A stretch of DNA of 64,000 nt from Octopus sinensis (lineage: Eukaryota). Made by a program: the position numbers and the translations under genes. Numbering within the stretch: position 1 is the first letter of the stretch; each line of letters starts with the position of its first letter. The stretch spans positions 90,024,001-90,088,000 of the forward strand of contig NC_043004.1 in the NCBI RefSeq assembly GCF_006345805.1, in the 5' to 3' direction. This document shows, in pieces, positions 27,823 through 40,624 of the stretch. The notes under the pieces were generated by a model that saw only the letters and a list, made by a program, of their open reading frames with translations, was not told the DNA's origin and ran no database searches.

Positions 27823-28141
27823 TATATATTCATGCTTTTGGTACTTATGTGTGCAGATGTGACATATGTATGCTAGGGTAGTTGCAACAGCTTTCCTGGA
27901 GGCAGGGAATAGGCGTTGGATTGACATTTGGTGGTGTGGGTTGGGAGAGAGAAGTGTATATACACGCATAGATGTGTGTACGTTTGTGCGTGAGATTATG
28001 TACATTCATGCTTTGTGTATAAATGCAGGAGTGTGTGCATGTCGATCTGGGAGAACATATATGCATGTGTGTTTTTGTCTCATGTGTGCATATGTATACA
28101 TATGTCTTCATGATTTTAGTATGTATGTGTGCAAGTGTGAC

Positions 28142-28358
28142 AGAAACGTTAGCATGCCGGGCGAAATGCGTAGCCGTATTTCATCTGCGTTACGTTGTGA
28201 GTTCAAATTCCGCCGAGGTTGACTTTGCTTTTCATCCTTTCGGGGTCGACAAATTAAGTACCAGTTACGCACTGGGGTTGATGTAATCGACTTAATACCT
28301 ATGTCTGTCCTTGCTTGTCCCCTCTGTGTTTAGCCCCTTGTAGGTAATAAAGAAATAG
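28142..28358 (+). mobile_element. SINE family B
   Basis: GAAACGTTAGCATGCCGGGCGAAATG head, GAGTTCAAATTCC box, GTAATAAAGAAATA end. Confidence 0.85.
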
Positions 28359-28799
28359 ATGTATAATAGTAGTACAGTTGCAACAGCATCGCTGGTGGGA
28401 GAGAATAGGCGTTGGACTGAGGTGGGGGGGGAGAGGAAAGACAGACGTATGCACACATAAATGTGTGTATGCATGCATGTGCATATATAGGTGTATGTAT
28501 GTAAATAGATGTGTATTATGTGCATGTGCATATATAGGTGTGTGTGTGTGTACATAGATGTGCATGAGTGTGTTTGTGTGCACACACCACATTTATAGAA
28601 ACAAATATATGCAGGGAATGCATAAGGTCAGTCTGTGGTTTGCACAGGCACTGGTGGTTTGGAACCCTACTCTTGGTTGTGGGGTAGCCAGTGTTGAGAA
28701 GCAACCAATGTTAAGGTGGTATATCTGAGTATATCTGAGTTGTCAGCAACTAGTGGTTTAAAGTTCACCAGGAGGGTGTACTTCTGATGACAGCAATAA

Positions 28800-30340
28800 G
28801 ATAGTTCATATTTCCTATTAATAAATATTGCAGGTTGGTGGAGAATGTGCTATCTTTCACAAAGTCAGAGTTGGCAAATGCAAGTGCAAGATGTGCAGAG
28901 TGAGATCCGGTCAATGATGGTCTATTGGAAGTTGGGTGTTTCATTCCAGAGGTTACAAAGTCTCCAGAGGAAATGAGACAAAGAAGTAGAATTTTCTCTA
29001 TCTCTGCATCTAAGCAAGTGTATATACTGTGTGTACACTCCCTTGAAATCATTGTCCATCATGCCTGTGCAGTGCCTTGCAATGCCATCAAATGTTGTAA
29101 GGGTGGCTTGGTAGACTACAGCTCTTGAGAGGCAGGATCTTCATAAAGAGCAGCTTGTAGGGTTTGGGAAATTACTAGTTGGAATTGGAGGTTGTGCAGG
29201 TGCATGTTTGTGTCTGTTGTATTGTACAATGTAAGAAATGACATTATCTAAGCAGGAGTAGCACACCTTGATGTTATGTGGGTTGAACAGCTTATAGTAC
29301 TTGTGGTCCCCAGGAACCACAAGTATTATATTTCCCCAGGGAAATGCTTCTTAATCAGTGACGGGAAGTTCTCAGCTATGCTAGCTGTAACTTCTAGGTT
29401 AAATGAAGGATTGAACCAGATTATCTTTCTCTTTCTTGTCCTCTTCAAGTGTGGGACTGGGAACTGGAGGTCCTCCATATATGTTCACTTCTCAGTAAAC
29501 CCAATTTTCATCAATGTATCGTTGTAGTGGTAGGGGTGGCCCTCTTGAAGATCTCCCTATCATCTGAACACTTGAAAATTCTGCCACTAACATCTGAGAC
29601 ACAGTTTCTAATAGCAACAAAGAGCTGATGTGAGCTTTTGTGGATGTACACAGTTTCCTCATTAGGTTTCTTATAAGGGTGGTACTTGCCTGTTTTCAGA
29701 TCTAGAGTCATATCTCCTAGATGTCAACTGTGGTCAAGTTGGTGGTAACTTTTATGAACAGGCTGAATTCTTTGAATATTTTTATCAGGTCCTCCCTAAA
29801 CTCATCCATGACATGGCCATTCATATGGCTTGATATTGCCAGGCCATTGTCCCTGTAAAGGGCCAACCTATGTGGGTCCATGTATTTCTTGAAGGTATCA
29901 AAGACAAATAACCTAACAAGAATGTCAACCTCAGCCTCATCATACCTCCCCAAAGAAACATCGAACTGTGGATTCTTTCTTCACCCAGAAGGTACCACCA
30001 TGAACTAGGACTGATTTTCTGGCATTCATGATGATTCTGACATCAAGATTGCTTATATTAGTGAACTGCTTAGCAATAACCAGGGCCTTTCAGGAGAAGA
30101 AGTTTTGATATAGAAAGGTAACAATCTACAATGTCAAACTTTGTAAATTTGGAGACTTGATATCATTGAACCAGTTGATCACAGTTTTACTGGAATCCCA
30201 TAGAATCAACCCTGTGACCCTTCTAATAGAGTTGATGGCATCAAGAATGCACTTATTGACAATGCCTATCTCACTTTCAGATGGGTCAATCAGCCTGCAT
30301 TTGGGATCACAAAAGAAACTAGGTTTATGATCCTAAGGGG
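28800..30340 (-). mobile_element. Penelope-like element (RT plus GIY-YIG), decayed
   Basis: KFDIVD, ARKSVL, MGRYDEAEV, LYRDNGLA, LDLKTGKYHPYKKPN, AVVYQATL and NSTSLSHFLW motifs. Confidence 0.88.
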
Positions 30341-30879
30341 GATCACATGATGTGGGAGTGGGGGTCATACAGTGAGACGGTTCACACAATCTTCTATATT
30401 AAAGAGAGTGGTTTGCACCTTCACATCTGTATTTATGTCATCGTATGTGGAGGTGCTAGTTTTCTTGTATGTCGTAGTGATCATGTTTGCGAGGAATCTT
30501 ACATGTTTGAGGTTGTTTGCTTCATAAATGCTCCTTGTTTTGTCTGTGAGGATATGTACATTAGGCGATTGCTTAATTCTTGACTAACACATACACACAC
30601 ACACACACACACACATCTATGTATGTATATTTCTTCTCTCTTTCCTCCTCACACCACAAAATCTCAGTCCATCTTGGACTTCCTGTTTCTTCATTTAGTA
30701 ATCTAAGCTTGAAAGAGCTGCAAAACCTTGAGTCACATAGAACTGAATAAAACTGTTTTAAATAGTAGTATATGTAATGCCAACTAAACATTTCGAGTAC
30801 CTGTTTCTTGCATTTGTCCACTTACTTATATATATATGCATATGTATATATAGATATATATATATATATGCCAGCGCCG

Positions 30880-31145
30880 CCTTGGCTGGCTTCCGTGCTG
30901 GTGGCACGTTAAAAGCACCAACCGATCGTGGCTGATGCCAGACACCCCTGGCACCTGTGCAGGTGGCACGTAAAAAGCACCCACTACACTCGCAGAGTGG
31001 TTGGCGTTAGGAAGGGCATCCAGCTGTAGAAACACTGCCAGATCAGATTGGAGCCTGGTGCAGCCCCTGGCTTCCCAGACCCTGGTTGAACCGTCCAACC
31101 CATGCTAGCACGGAAAACGGACATTAAACGATGATGATGATGATA
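30880..31145 (+). mobile_element. SINE-like repeat family C
   Basis: Homologous to 6255-6550. Confidence 0.8.
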
Positions 31146-31364
31146 CATATCTTTTATCTTTTACTTGTTTCAGTCATTTGACAGTAGCCACCTTGAAATT
31201 TTAGTTGAATGTATCAACCCCAGAGCTTATTTTGTTTTAAAGCCTGGTACTTACCCTTTCAGTCCCTTGCCGAATCACTAAATTACAGGCACATAAACAT
31301 ACCAGCACTGGTTGTTGAGTGGTGGTAGGAGACAAACATAGATACAAAGACACTATATATACAT

Positions 31365-31412
<48 letters not shown>

Positions 31413-31707
31413 CGAGTTTGAAAACAGAGATCTAATGGATACAAATTAATTTATCAATTAACATATTCACCTTCAATTGTTTCATTTCTCAACCAAAATT
31501 AAAACTACTAAACATATATAAATATATAATTTTGCATTTTAAAATATCTTGGGTGGAAAATCATCAGGGTGCACTAAGAACAATACAAGGATTACATAAT
31601 GATCTGTTATATTCATTGAAGAAAATATCCCTTCAAAATACAATATATTAAACCAGTGAATATTGGATAAAAAATATCCCTTTAAGAGGTTTAAATATCC
31701 TCATTGT

Positions 31708-31750
<43 letters not shown>

Positions 31751-31758
31751 TATACATA

Positions 31759-31793
<35 letters not shown>

Positions 31794-31799
31794 ATGTAT

Positions 31800-32475
31800 A
31801 TACATGGAAAATAGGGTCGGTGCCAGAATATCCCCTTGTTTCACTCCATTTTGTATTGAAATGGGCTCCGACATTTTCCCTCTAACATTCACCCTACCAT
31901 TCATGTCTTCATGAAAAGACCTAACCAAAGCAAGGAACTTTTCAGGACACCCAAGTTTCTGGAGGACTTTCCACAATGCTTTTCTATTGACGGTATCAAT
32001 TTTGAGAAATCTCAAGTTGCACATGAGAAAGTAAGGAGGGATGTCAGGAAGGGCATCGCTGTTACACTTCCAGAAGGGAAGGGTCTTCCTTTGATGCTGA
32101 CATGCAATGTCTGTACAAGACCCTGCCTCAGTATAGCTGGACTCAAGAGTCATCTTCGTAGTCATAAAACGAGACAAATGAGTGACAACTTGGCCACTGG
32201 TGGTGGTGTAACACACCATACTAATCATATCTGTTGGGCATGTGGAAGAGGGTGTAATTCGGCAGGAGGACTTAAACGACATGCAAAGGTACATGAAGCC
32301 CAGTTACAACTACAGCCAGCTATTACCAGTAAAGGTTTTAGTTGCCAATTTTGTACAAGACATTGTAGATCTTTAGCTGGGCTAAAAAGTCACATTCGAT
32401 CACAGCACCAGTAACAGTTAAGCTTCGTGCAATGGCCATACTCGATAACGAGGGGGCAGCCATAATAATAATAAT
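31800..32475. mobile_element. 5'-inverted RTE/BovB-like LINE insertion: RT piece on - (31800-32003), 3' tail with three C2H2 fingers on + (32000-32414), (TAA)n tail
   Basis: DTVNRKALWKVL..NGVKQGDILAPTLFSMY (-); CNVC..HLRSH, CWAC..HAKVH and CQFC..HIRSQH (+); ends GGGGGCAGCCATAATAATAAT. Confidence 0.85.
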
Positions 32476-32999
32476 ATATATACATATATACTATGGGCTT
32501 CTTTCAGTTTATGTCTACCAAATCCAGTCACAAGGCTTTGGTCAGCTTGAGGCTATAGTGGAGGACACTTACCCAAGTTGTCATGCAGTGAGACTAAACC
32601 CAAAAGTATGTGGTTATGAAGCAAGCTTCCTACCACACAGATATGCCAGCACCTATATATATATATATATATATAATATATATACATATATATATATATA
32701 TCATCATCATCATCACCATCATTTAGCGTCCGCTTTCCATGCTAGCATGGGTTGGACGGTTCAACTGGGGTCTGGGAAGCCAGAAGGCTGCACCAGGCCC
32801 AGTCTGATCTGGCAATGTTTCTACGGCTGGATGCTTTTACGCAGCACTGATACAGGTGAGTTTACATGGCACTGGTATGGGTGCTTTTTATGTGGCACCA
32901 GTACTCACAGACTTGCAAGGTTGGGAATGCTCAGCTGGAAATGGATGCAGGGGACGATCTTGTATGCAAGGATAACCAAGCTTTTACTTAGCTTGATGT

Positions 33000-33790
33000 G
33001 TCTTTTCAAGCACAGCAAACTGTCAAGAATCTCAGGCCCCTGTCATCCCCCCTGTGAATCCCAACATTCATAGATCCTTTCTCACCACTTTGTCCCATGT
33101 CTTTCTGGGTCTAACATTTCCACATGTTCCTTCTACAATTAGAGATTGACACCTCTTGATGCAACTGTCTTCATTCATGCACATTACGTGGCCATGCCAG
33201 CATGATCTTCTCTCTTACATGCTACATCTGATGCCTCATTTTTCTCTCAAATCACTTACAATGTCATATATATATACACTGACATTACCCATCCAGCAAA
33301 GCATACTGGCTTCCTTTGTTTCAGGCCATCACATATCCTCAGTAGTCACAGCCCATGTCTCACGGCCATATAACATAGCTGTTTGTACACAGGGCCTCTT
33401 CAACTCTGAAGGAGAGACTCTTCATTACTAACATAGGTAGAAGCTCTCTGACTTTCAACCAGCCTATTCTTATTCTAACAACTATGCTTTCAGCACAAAT
33501 TCCCCCACCACTAACTTAGTCACCTACGTAACGGAAATTGTCTACGTCTTCTAAGGATCCCCCATTGACATTTGAAGGAGTCTATTTTTTTGTACATTCC
33601 CGATGTTTATTGTACCTGCACGTCTGCCACATAAAAAGACTACTTTCTCTGTTAGTCTTCCACCGATACTACTGCATCTCTTATGTGTCCATAGCTTACA
33701 CTGGGTACACCTTATGGAGTTTCTTCCAATACCTTTTCTACACATCCCTGAGGGAGTCTGTAACTTGTCTGTTATCAATACTACTTATCA
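33000..33790 (-). mobile_element. RTE LINE fragment
   Basis: CRKGIGRNSIRCTQCKLWTHKRCS motif, homologous to 24790-24870. Confidence 0.8.
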
Positions 33791-33841
33791 ATACTTTGAT
33801 CTTTGATACTTTGATATAATATATATATATATATTTATATA

Positions 33842-34042
33842 CAGTAAAGTCTATGTCTGGGCATAGAGCGACCAATGGTCTATGTCCGGTCATAGAGTGA
33901 CTAATGGTTTCACATTCATAGAGAACCTAGCCCCATGGACAGCTTGTCAGACTCAAAAGCCAAAGACGAGCCTTCCATGTGGCTAAGCCATTTATGGATG
34001 CAAAACTATTGGTCACTCTATGACCAGACATAGACTTAACTG
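33842..34042. mobile_element. 201-bp MITE with 35-bp TIRs (Tc1/pogo-like CAGT ends)
   Basis: CAGTAAAGTCTATGTCTGGGCATAGAGCGACCAAT versus the reverse complement of the right end, CAGTTAAGTCTATGTCTGGTCATAGAGTGACCAAT; TA on the left, CA on the right. Confidence 0.8.
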
Positions 34043-34120
34043 CATACAAATACATTACTGCTCTATGCTTTAGAGTGTACTTCTTTTTCAGATATATGAT
34101 ACATTGACAATACATTGACA

Positions 34121-34124
<4 letters not shown>

Positions 34125-34174
<50 letters not shown>

Positions 34175-34214
34175 TCACATATACATATATATGTGTATGT
34201 GTATCTATATACAT

Positions 34215-34246
<32 letters not shown>

Positions 34247-34348
34247 GCATACATACATCATATATATATATAATATATATATATAAATTAAACTAAGGAA
34301 AATAATTTGTCTGTCTTTAAATAAAGTATATATATATATATACACAAA

Positions 34349-34379
<31 letters not shown>

Positions 34380-34707
34380 ACATACATACATATATATACA
34401 TACATACATATATATATACATACATACATATATATACATACATACATATACATACATACATATATATATATACATACATACATATATATACATACATACA
34501 TATATATATACATACATACATATACATACATACATATATATACATACATATACATACATACATATATATATACATACATACATACATATATATATACATA
34601 CATACATACATATATATACATACATATACATACATATATATATACATACATATATATATATATACATACATACATATACATACATACATATACATACATA
34701 CATATAC

Positions 34708-34746
<39 letters not shown>

Positions 34747-34757
34747 CATATATATAC

Positions 34758-34830
<73 letters not shown>
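34125..34830. repeat. (TA)/(TACA)n compound microsatellite
   Basis: Direct inspection. Confidence 0.95.
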
Positions 34831-34831
<1 letters not shown>

Positions 34832-35199
34832 ATTAACAAACTAGGGAAAATAATTCATCTATCTTTAAACTCTGGCTGTGATAAGGCTTATATATGAGGG
34901 AATTAAAAAATATACATAAGTCAAAACAAATTGTTGGCGTTTTGATGTCTTAATAATTGTTTATGCCATCTTATGTTATATTACATTCATAGTATATTAT
35001 ATTATATTATAATATAAATAATTTATTGGATTGTCAGTTGTATCTCTCTATTTAATTTTATCTTTATAAAACACACACACACACACATACATATTGGAGC
35101 CTGATGCAGTCCTTACACATTAGATACTAATTTCATTTGTGGGTGGTCAGTAAAGAGAGAAACTTAGAGTAGGATACCATATTCTGATGTAAGAAACAT

Positions 35200-35700
35200 A
35201 TCTATCTACTTTACCCAATGTATTGAATTTTATATCAGCTAATATTTACAGTTTGTGACTAAACAAATCTGGCATGAATTTGTGCCTTGTACAACCACTC
35301 ATCTCCTTCTATATTTTAGTTCTGCCAAAGGCCATAGCAAGCCTTCAAGATTGTCACTAAGATCTACTGTCACTGTCTCCAACCAATCACCCTCCTTGAA
35401 CACTCAAGCAAAATGTTATTAGAAAACTGCATACATCTGCTCGGAACCAAGCAGCATATGTCCATCTGATCTGTCAAAGATCATGCCTCCATTACTTGGA
35501 TAGCTTTTATTTCTTTATGTTTCACAGCAAAAGCCTTTGCTCTTGCAATGCAACTTTTGTGTTTTGTGTTGAAGAAATGGCCAAGAGTTATTCTCACCGT
35601 TAGCACATTGATTGCAATGTCTTTACTTATCGCCTCTTCTAAATTGCTAACTAGTTCCCCTACCATGGTTTCTCTCATTTGCTAGTTCTTTGCTATCAAT
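35200..35700 (-). mobile_element. Highly decayed Tc1 transposase remnant
   Basis: HKSCIARAKAFAVKHKE..SLTD resembles the Tc1 HKKARLAFAKKH..WTDE region. Confidence 0.4.
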
Positions 35701-36274
35701 TCTGATCTAATTTTGAGCTATCAATTCTAATCTAATCACTCTGTCCAGGGCACTAATTATTGATGATTGTCTCTATTACCACTTGTGCCAGTAACCGCAC
35801 ACTCATCTTCAACAAGATCTATGGGTCCTATCTCAGTTGACAGACTAGATTACAAATTTGTAGTCTGTGTAGCTGACTAGTTTGAATTATGGATGTCCTA
35901 CTATCTCTGCCCATTAGTCCAACAATTACTCTAAGTAAGACTTCAATGACATGTTATGGTTGTTCTATATCCACGATGATACATCAAGGAAATTCAGACA
36001 GTATCAACCTCACAACTGAAAACTTCTGAACTATTTTTCAATGCTTCTTCAACCATTTCTCCTATGCACACTAACCCCGCACAGTCATGCCATGCGTCTA
36101 AAATATAGTTCTAATTCCTCACAAGTAACAGAGACTGAAACAACCGCTGGGAAGTTTCCAGACATCTGAAGAAGTTAGGCCATCTTGCTTCTCTCAGGAT
36201 CATTACTCCAAAACCACCAATTTAGAATCTAGGTCCTTGGAATTTAAGGGTTTTCAATAATAATAATAATAATG

Positions 36275-36315
<41 letters not shown>

Positions 36316-36696
36316 CTTTTCTACTATAGTATATACTATAGTATATAATAACAGTGACAAATTCATGTGACACCGCAAATAATTGTTGACAAAGATCCGG
36401 AGATATTGTATTCACCTCAATAGTCGTCATTGATTGGTTGAAATTGCCGAAATTAACAAATAGCTTACAAACTACAGAATTTTCGCAAGAAAGCCAAGAG
36501 AAAAAGATGTTTTATAAACACATTCTACCAGTATACGAAGTTTAAAAGTGTTTAGTTACAAAGAAATTATTTTAAAAATCTGCCGGTCAAAGCGAAAACA
36601 TCCCAATAATGTGTTTGTTGCATACTACGCTCAGGTGCATTACATGTGTGTGTGTATGTGTAATTTTTATACACACTACACATACACAACATCACT

Positions 36697-36729
<33 letters not shown>

Positions 36730-36894
36730 GTGCGCGCGCGTGCGTACGTACACCAAACCATATCACCACCAATATATGTCAGTATTGACAATGTCTCTCT
36801 TTAAAAACGTTGTCAGTCATACACGCACATACAATTTTCGTCTTTTCCCTGTGCGCGCGCGCGTGTGTAGTAGTATTAGAAGTAGTAGTAGTAT

Positions 36895-36938
<44 letters not shown>

Positions 36939-37451
36939 ATGGTGGTGGTGGTAGTGATAGTAGTAGATAAAAATTACTCAATCCAAAAATGTGTAAATAT
37001 TTATTGTATGCTGCTGATTGCGCATACGCGAATCTGAACAGTAATAGTGTGATCTCACTTCAGACACATACACACGCATACGCACACAACACACATACAT
37101 ACACACACACACATACGTGCGTACGGACGGACACAAACATCCCAAAAAGATTTTTAAAATTTAAGTCTGAATGTGACTAGGGTTTTTCGCATAGATAGAT
37201 ATAGAGATGAGGAGATATGGGGGGAAGAAGGAAAGAGACAGACAGATCGTTAGTGGTGACAAGATTGATGACAAATGCAATTTATTGAGTGAAGATCGGT
37301 GAAATATCTTAGGATGAGACTGACACGGACAACTGTTGTCTAATGTGGAAAATGTTATGAGAAAGCGTCATAAATGGTTGATAGAGAAGTCGAACCGCTG
37401 TGTTGTTGGTGCGTGTATCAATAAAACTTGTGGTGACAGTAATAAACATAC

Positions 37452-37553
37452 CTGTTGCCAACGGTCTTCTAGGGATGGCTGAGATGAAAAGTAGCCCGTC
37501 TCATGCACAACCTGAAGTTCTCGGAAAATATTTCCACTTGGTAATATATCCAT
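37452..37553 (-). CDS. KLF6/7: Coding exon 1 of a Kruppel-like factor 6/7 (luna) orthologue; an in-frame upstream ATG at 37571 could add MPEDIA
   Basis: Translates [34 protein letters not shown], closely matching the N-termini of KLF6 ([34 protein letters not shown]) and KLF7. It ends at CAG|GTATGT (donor 37451-37446) after exactly 34 codons in phase 0, as in the vertebrate genes. Confidence 0.95.
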
Positions 37554-37571
37554 GGCAATATCTTCGGGCAT

Positions 37572-38150
37572 CTGAACTATGTAAGCGGCTGCTATAAATT
37601 AATGCCAAAATGACACTTGGTGAAGGTGAAAGCGCAGGACTTGAGAGGGAGTGAGGGACAGAATTTGTGCTAAAGGTGATGTTAGATAGCAGGTATCTGG
37701 AGTCAAAAATAGACATAAGGGAGGGAAGAGTATGAGGTAGAAGCAACTATGTGCAGACACGGTTCTGATTCGACCTGTTCTCGCTTCGCTCAAGTGATCA
37801 CTGGCAATTAGATCACGTGTAGAACATACAATTTACTATTGAAAATAGTCTACTTATATTGACCAATGAAATTATACCTTACATAACATTGTCAAATTTC
37901 AGAATCGCTTTGTCCAATCAGAGATATCTAACTTTTTTATAAGCCACAAATTTGCATAATTTGTTGAAGCTGAAAGACTATCCCAAACATCTTTTTCATT
38001 TTTCCCTTCTCTCTATCTTTTTATCGCCCTTCTAAACGTCTCTCTCTTTCTCCATTTTTCTCTCTTTCCCACTGCTTCACCAGTTGGATATATAAACTCA
38101 TTGTAACGCTCACAAGTTGTTTCGTCACTAGAGCTGACTCATTACAGTAA
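37572..38150 (-). promoter_or_regulatory. Putative 5' UTR and proximal promoter of KLF6/7
   Basis: TE-free, relatively CpG-rich DNA directly upstream of the ATG. Contains minus-strand TATAAA 37936-37941, octamer ATTTGCAT 37950-37957, CCAAT 37863-37867 and 37914-37918, E-box CACGTG 37814-37819 and AP-1 TGACTCA 38135-38141. The TSS cannot be determined from sequence. Confidence 0.5.
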
Positions 38151-39212
38151 CTAGAGAAAAAAGAGAGAAACTTTCTAAATCTCCTGCTCTTCTCAGCACG
38201 ATATATTAACTCGTCTGATGATACGTTACCATGACAACAGTCAATGACGGATTTATTCTATGTAAAGCATAATGCTGTAGTTGTTGCTGTTTTCCTCCTT
38301 GCATCAAATTTAAGATGATATTCTAATTAACGGCTTCAACATTTAATGTTTGATACACGTCCATAACCCTGAGAAAATATGCTATTTATTTATACCACCA
38401 CAAATAACTGTTGCGTTTTTACTTTATGTAATGAAATATCTTTATGTGGTTCTAGTTGCAATCACCAGATCTACTGAGAATACACATAAAATATTCCTTG
38501 TCTACGGATAGAAGATATCGGATGGTATTTAATGATATACGCTGATATCCGTCTGAAGTAGCAGCGCTAAGATACGTCAATAACTTGGCTTGTAAATAAA
38601 TAAATAAATCGGACTCTTATTCACACACACACACACATATATGCATATATATGTAAGTAAATACATACATACATACACACATACACACACACACACACAC
38701 ACACAAATTTGCGCGCGTGTGTGCACGCGAACGAGCGTGCTTGCTCTGGTTGTGATTTTTTAACACCGTGTCGACACTGAAGAAGCATACCATCCATGAT
38801 CATCTCATGGCTATGTACAATTATATTTGTCTAATATGTGTGACATCTTTTGAGGGAATTTGACAGCTGTTTCTAGCAGTTCGGACAACTAACCAATAGA
38901 GGCTCTCTCGTTGGCTTGTGTGGTTATTGTCGCAAGTAGTAATACATGCAGCGATAAAGTGGTGTGCTCAAGGCATGCAGTAGAGCTATGTATTTATTGT
39001 TGTAAACTGACAACTGTTCCATCACTTTAAATTTCGTCTTGAAGAGGCGGTCATCGGATAATGTATCAACTACATACATACATACATACATACATACATA
39101 CATACATAATTATAAATATACACAGGCGCACATCCATATACATGTGTGTGTGTGTGTGTGTGCGTATATACATGCGCGCATATCTGTGTGTATATAACCT
39201 GGAAAAAAAAAA

Positions 39213-39258
<46 letters not shown>

Positions 39259-40024
39259 CATGCACGCGTGTGTGTATGTATATATAAACCTGGAAATTAA
39301 TAGCCATTTTACTAGATAATTATTTCGTATAATTTTTATAACAGTTTGTGCGTTATTAATAATTACTCTACCTTCACAGCCGGATATTATTAAATATTAT
39401 TATACACTTCCCATATTCAAATAATTATTACACAATCTATACAATTAATGCATGATATACTTATAAACAGGGTTTATTATCATAATTTTTGTTAAAGAAA
39501 TCGTTTAAAGTGTTGTATTTGGAATATCTTTGAAACTACAGTCTTGCGTGATTTGGATATGAGCAGTTTGAAACTCCTCAACGAAGTCCGTCTGCAATGT
39601 GGCTAGTAATGATATTTTCTTTAAGTTCTGGGATTTTCATAAATATTTATATGCATTTAATGTTTATTATTTTCTTAAACAACTTGTTTGATTTTCATAA
39701 ACCCACATTCTGGTTATTTCAATTTCCAAATCTATATTTTGATAATCTTTCTATTTCTTGTGTGTACGCTCTCGCTTTTATCGCCAGCAATTGTGAAACT
39801 AATAATTACTTGTAAAGGCATAAAACTAAGAAATAACTACATAAATGTATCTGAATTGAGACTAAAATGAAAGTTAGGACGAAAGCTTAAAACATTGAAA
39901 GCATTCAGTGTATACAATGTTGGTGACTTTAACACACCCACACCACTATGGACATTATCGCACTGGAAAACTTTGGTATGCTCACTGCTGGCGACGTTCT
40001 TTCGACATTATTGCTATAGCTGCA

Positions 40025-40608
40025 AGGCGGCGAGCTGGCAGAAACGTTAGCACGCCGGGCGAAATGCTGAGCGGTATTTCGTCTGCCGTTACGTTCTGAG
40101 TTCAAATTCCGCCGAGGTCGACTTTGCCTTTCATCCTTTCGGGGTCGATAAATTAAGTACCAGTTACGCACTGGGGTCGATGTAATCGACTTAATCCGTT
40201 CGTCTGTCCTTGTTTGTCCCCTCGGTGTTTAGCCCCTTGTGGGTAGTAAAGAAATAGGTATTTCGTCTGTCTTTACGTTCTGAGTTCAAATTCCGCCGAG
40301 GTCAACTTTACCTTTCATCCTTTCAGGGTCGATTAAATATGTACCAGTTACGCACTGGGGTCGATATAATCGACTTAATCCGTTTGTCTGTCCTTGTTTG
40401 TCCCCTCTGTGTTTAGCCCGTTGTGGGTAGTAAAGAAATAGGTATTTCACCTGTCTTTACGTTCTGAGTTCAAATTCTGCTGAGGTCGACTTTGCCTTTC
40501 ATCCTTTCAAGGTCGATAAATTAAGTACTAGTTGCGTACTGGGGTCGATCTAATCGACTGGCCATCCCCCAAAATTTCGGGCCTTGTGCCTAGAATAGAA
40601 AAGATTAT
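40025..40608 (+). mobile_element. SINE family B with three tandem 184-bp body units
   Basis: GGTATTTC unit starts at 40073, 40257 and 40441. Confidence 0.88.
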
Positions 40609-40624
40609 TACTATAGCTGCAACA

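Noticed and set aside
28765-29052. 95-aa ORF as a KLF internal exon
   Set aside because: It is an alternative frame of the Penelope GIY-YIG region.
31911-32414. C2H2 zinc-finger gene, or the KLF zinc-finger exon
   Set aside because: It is on the opposite strand to KLF, lacks TGEKP linkers and KLF finger residues, is fused to an inverted RT fragment and ends in an RTE (TAA)n tail.
39910-40020. GDFN-containing APE endonuclease fragment
   Set aside because: A single short motif, insufficient for a call.
40073-40608. CRISPR-like regularly spaced repeats
   Set aside because: These are contiguous tandem SINE units with no unique spacers, in eukaryotic DNA with no cas genes.
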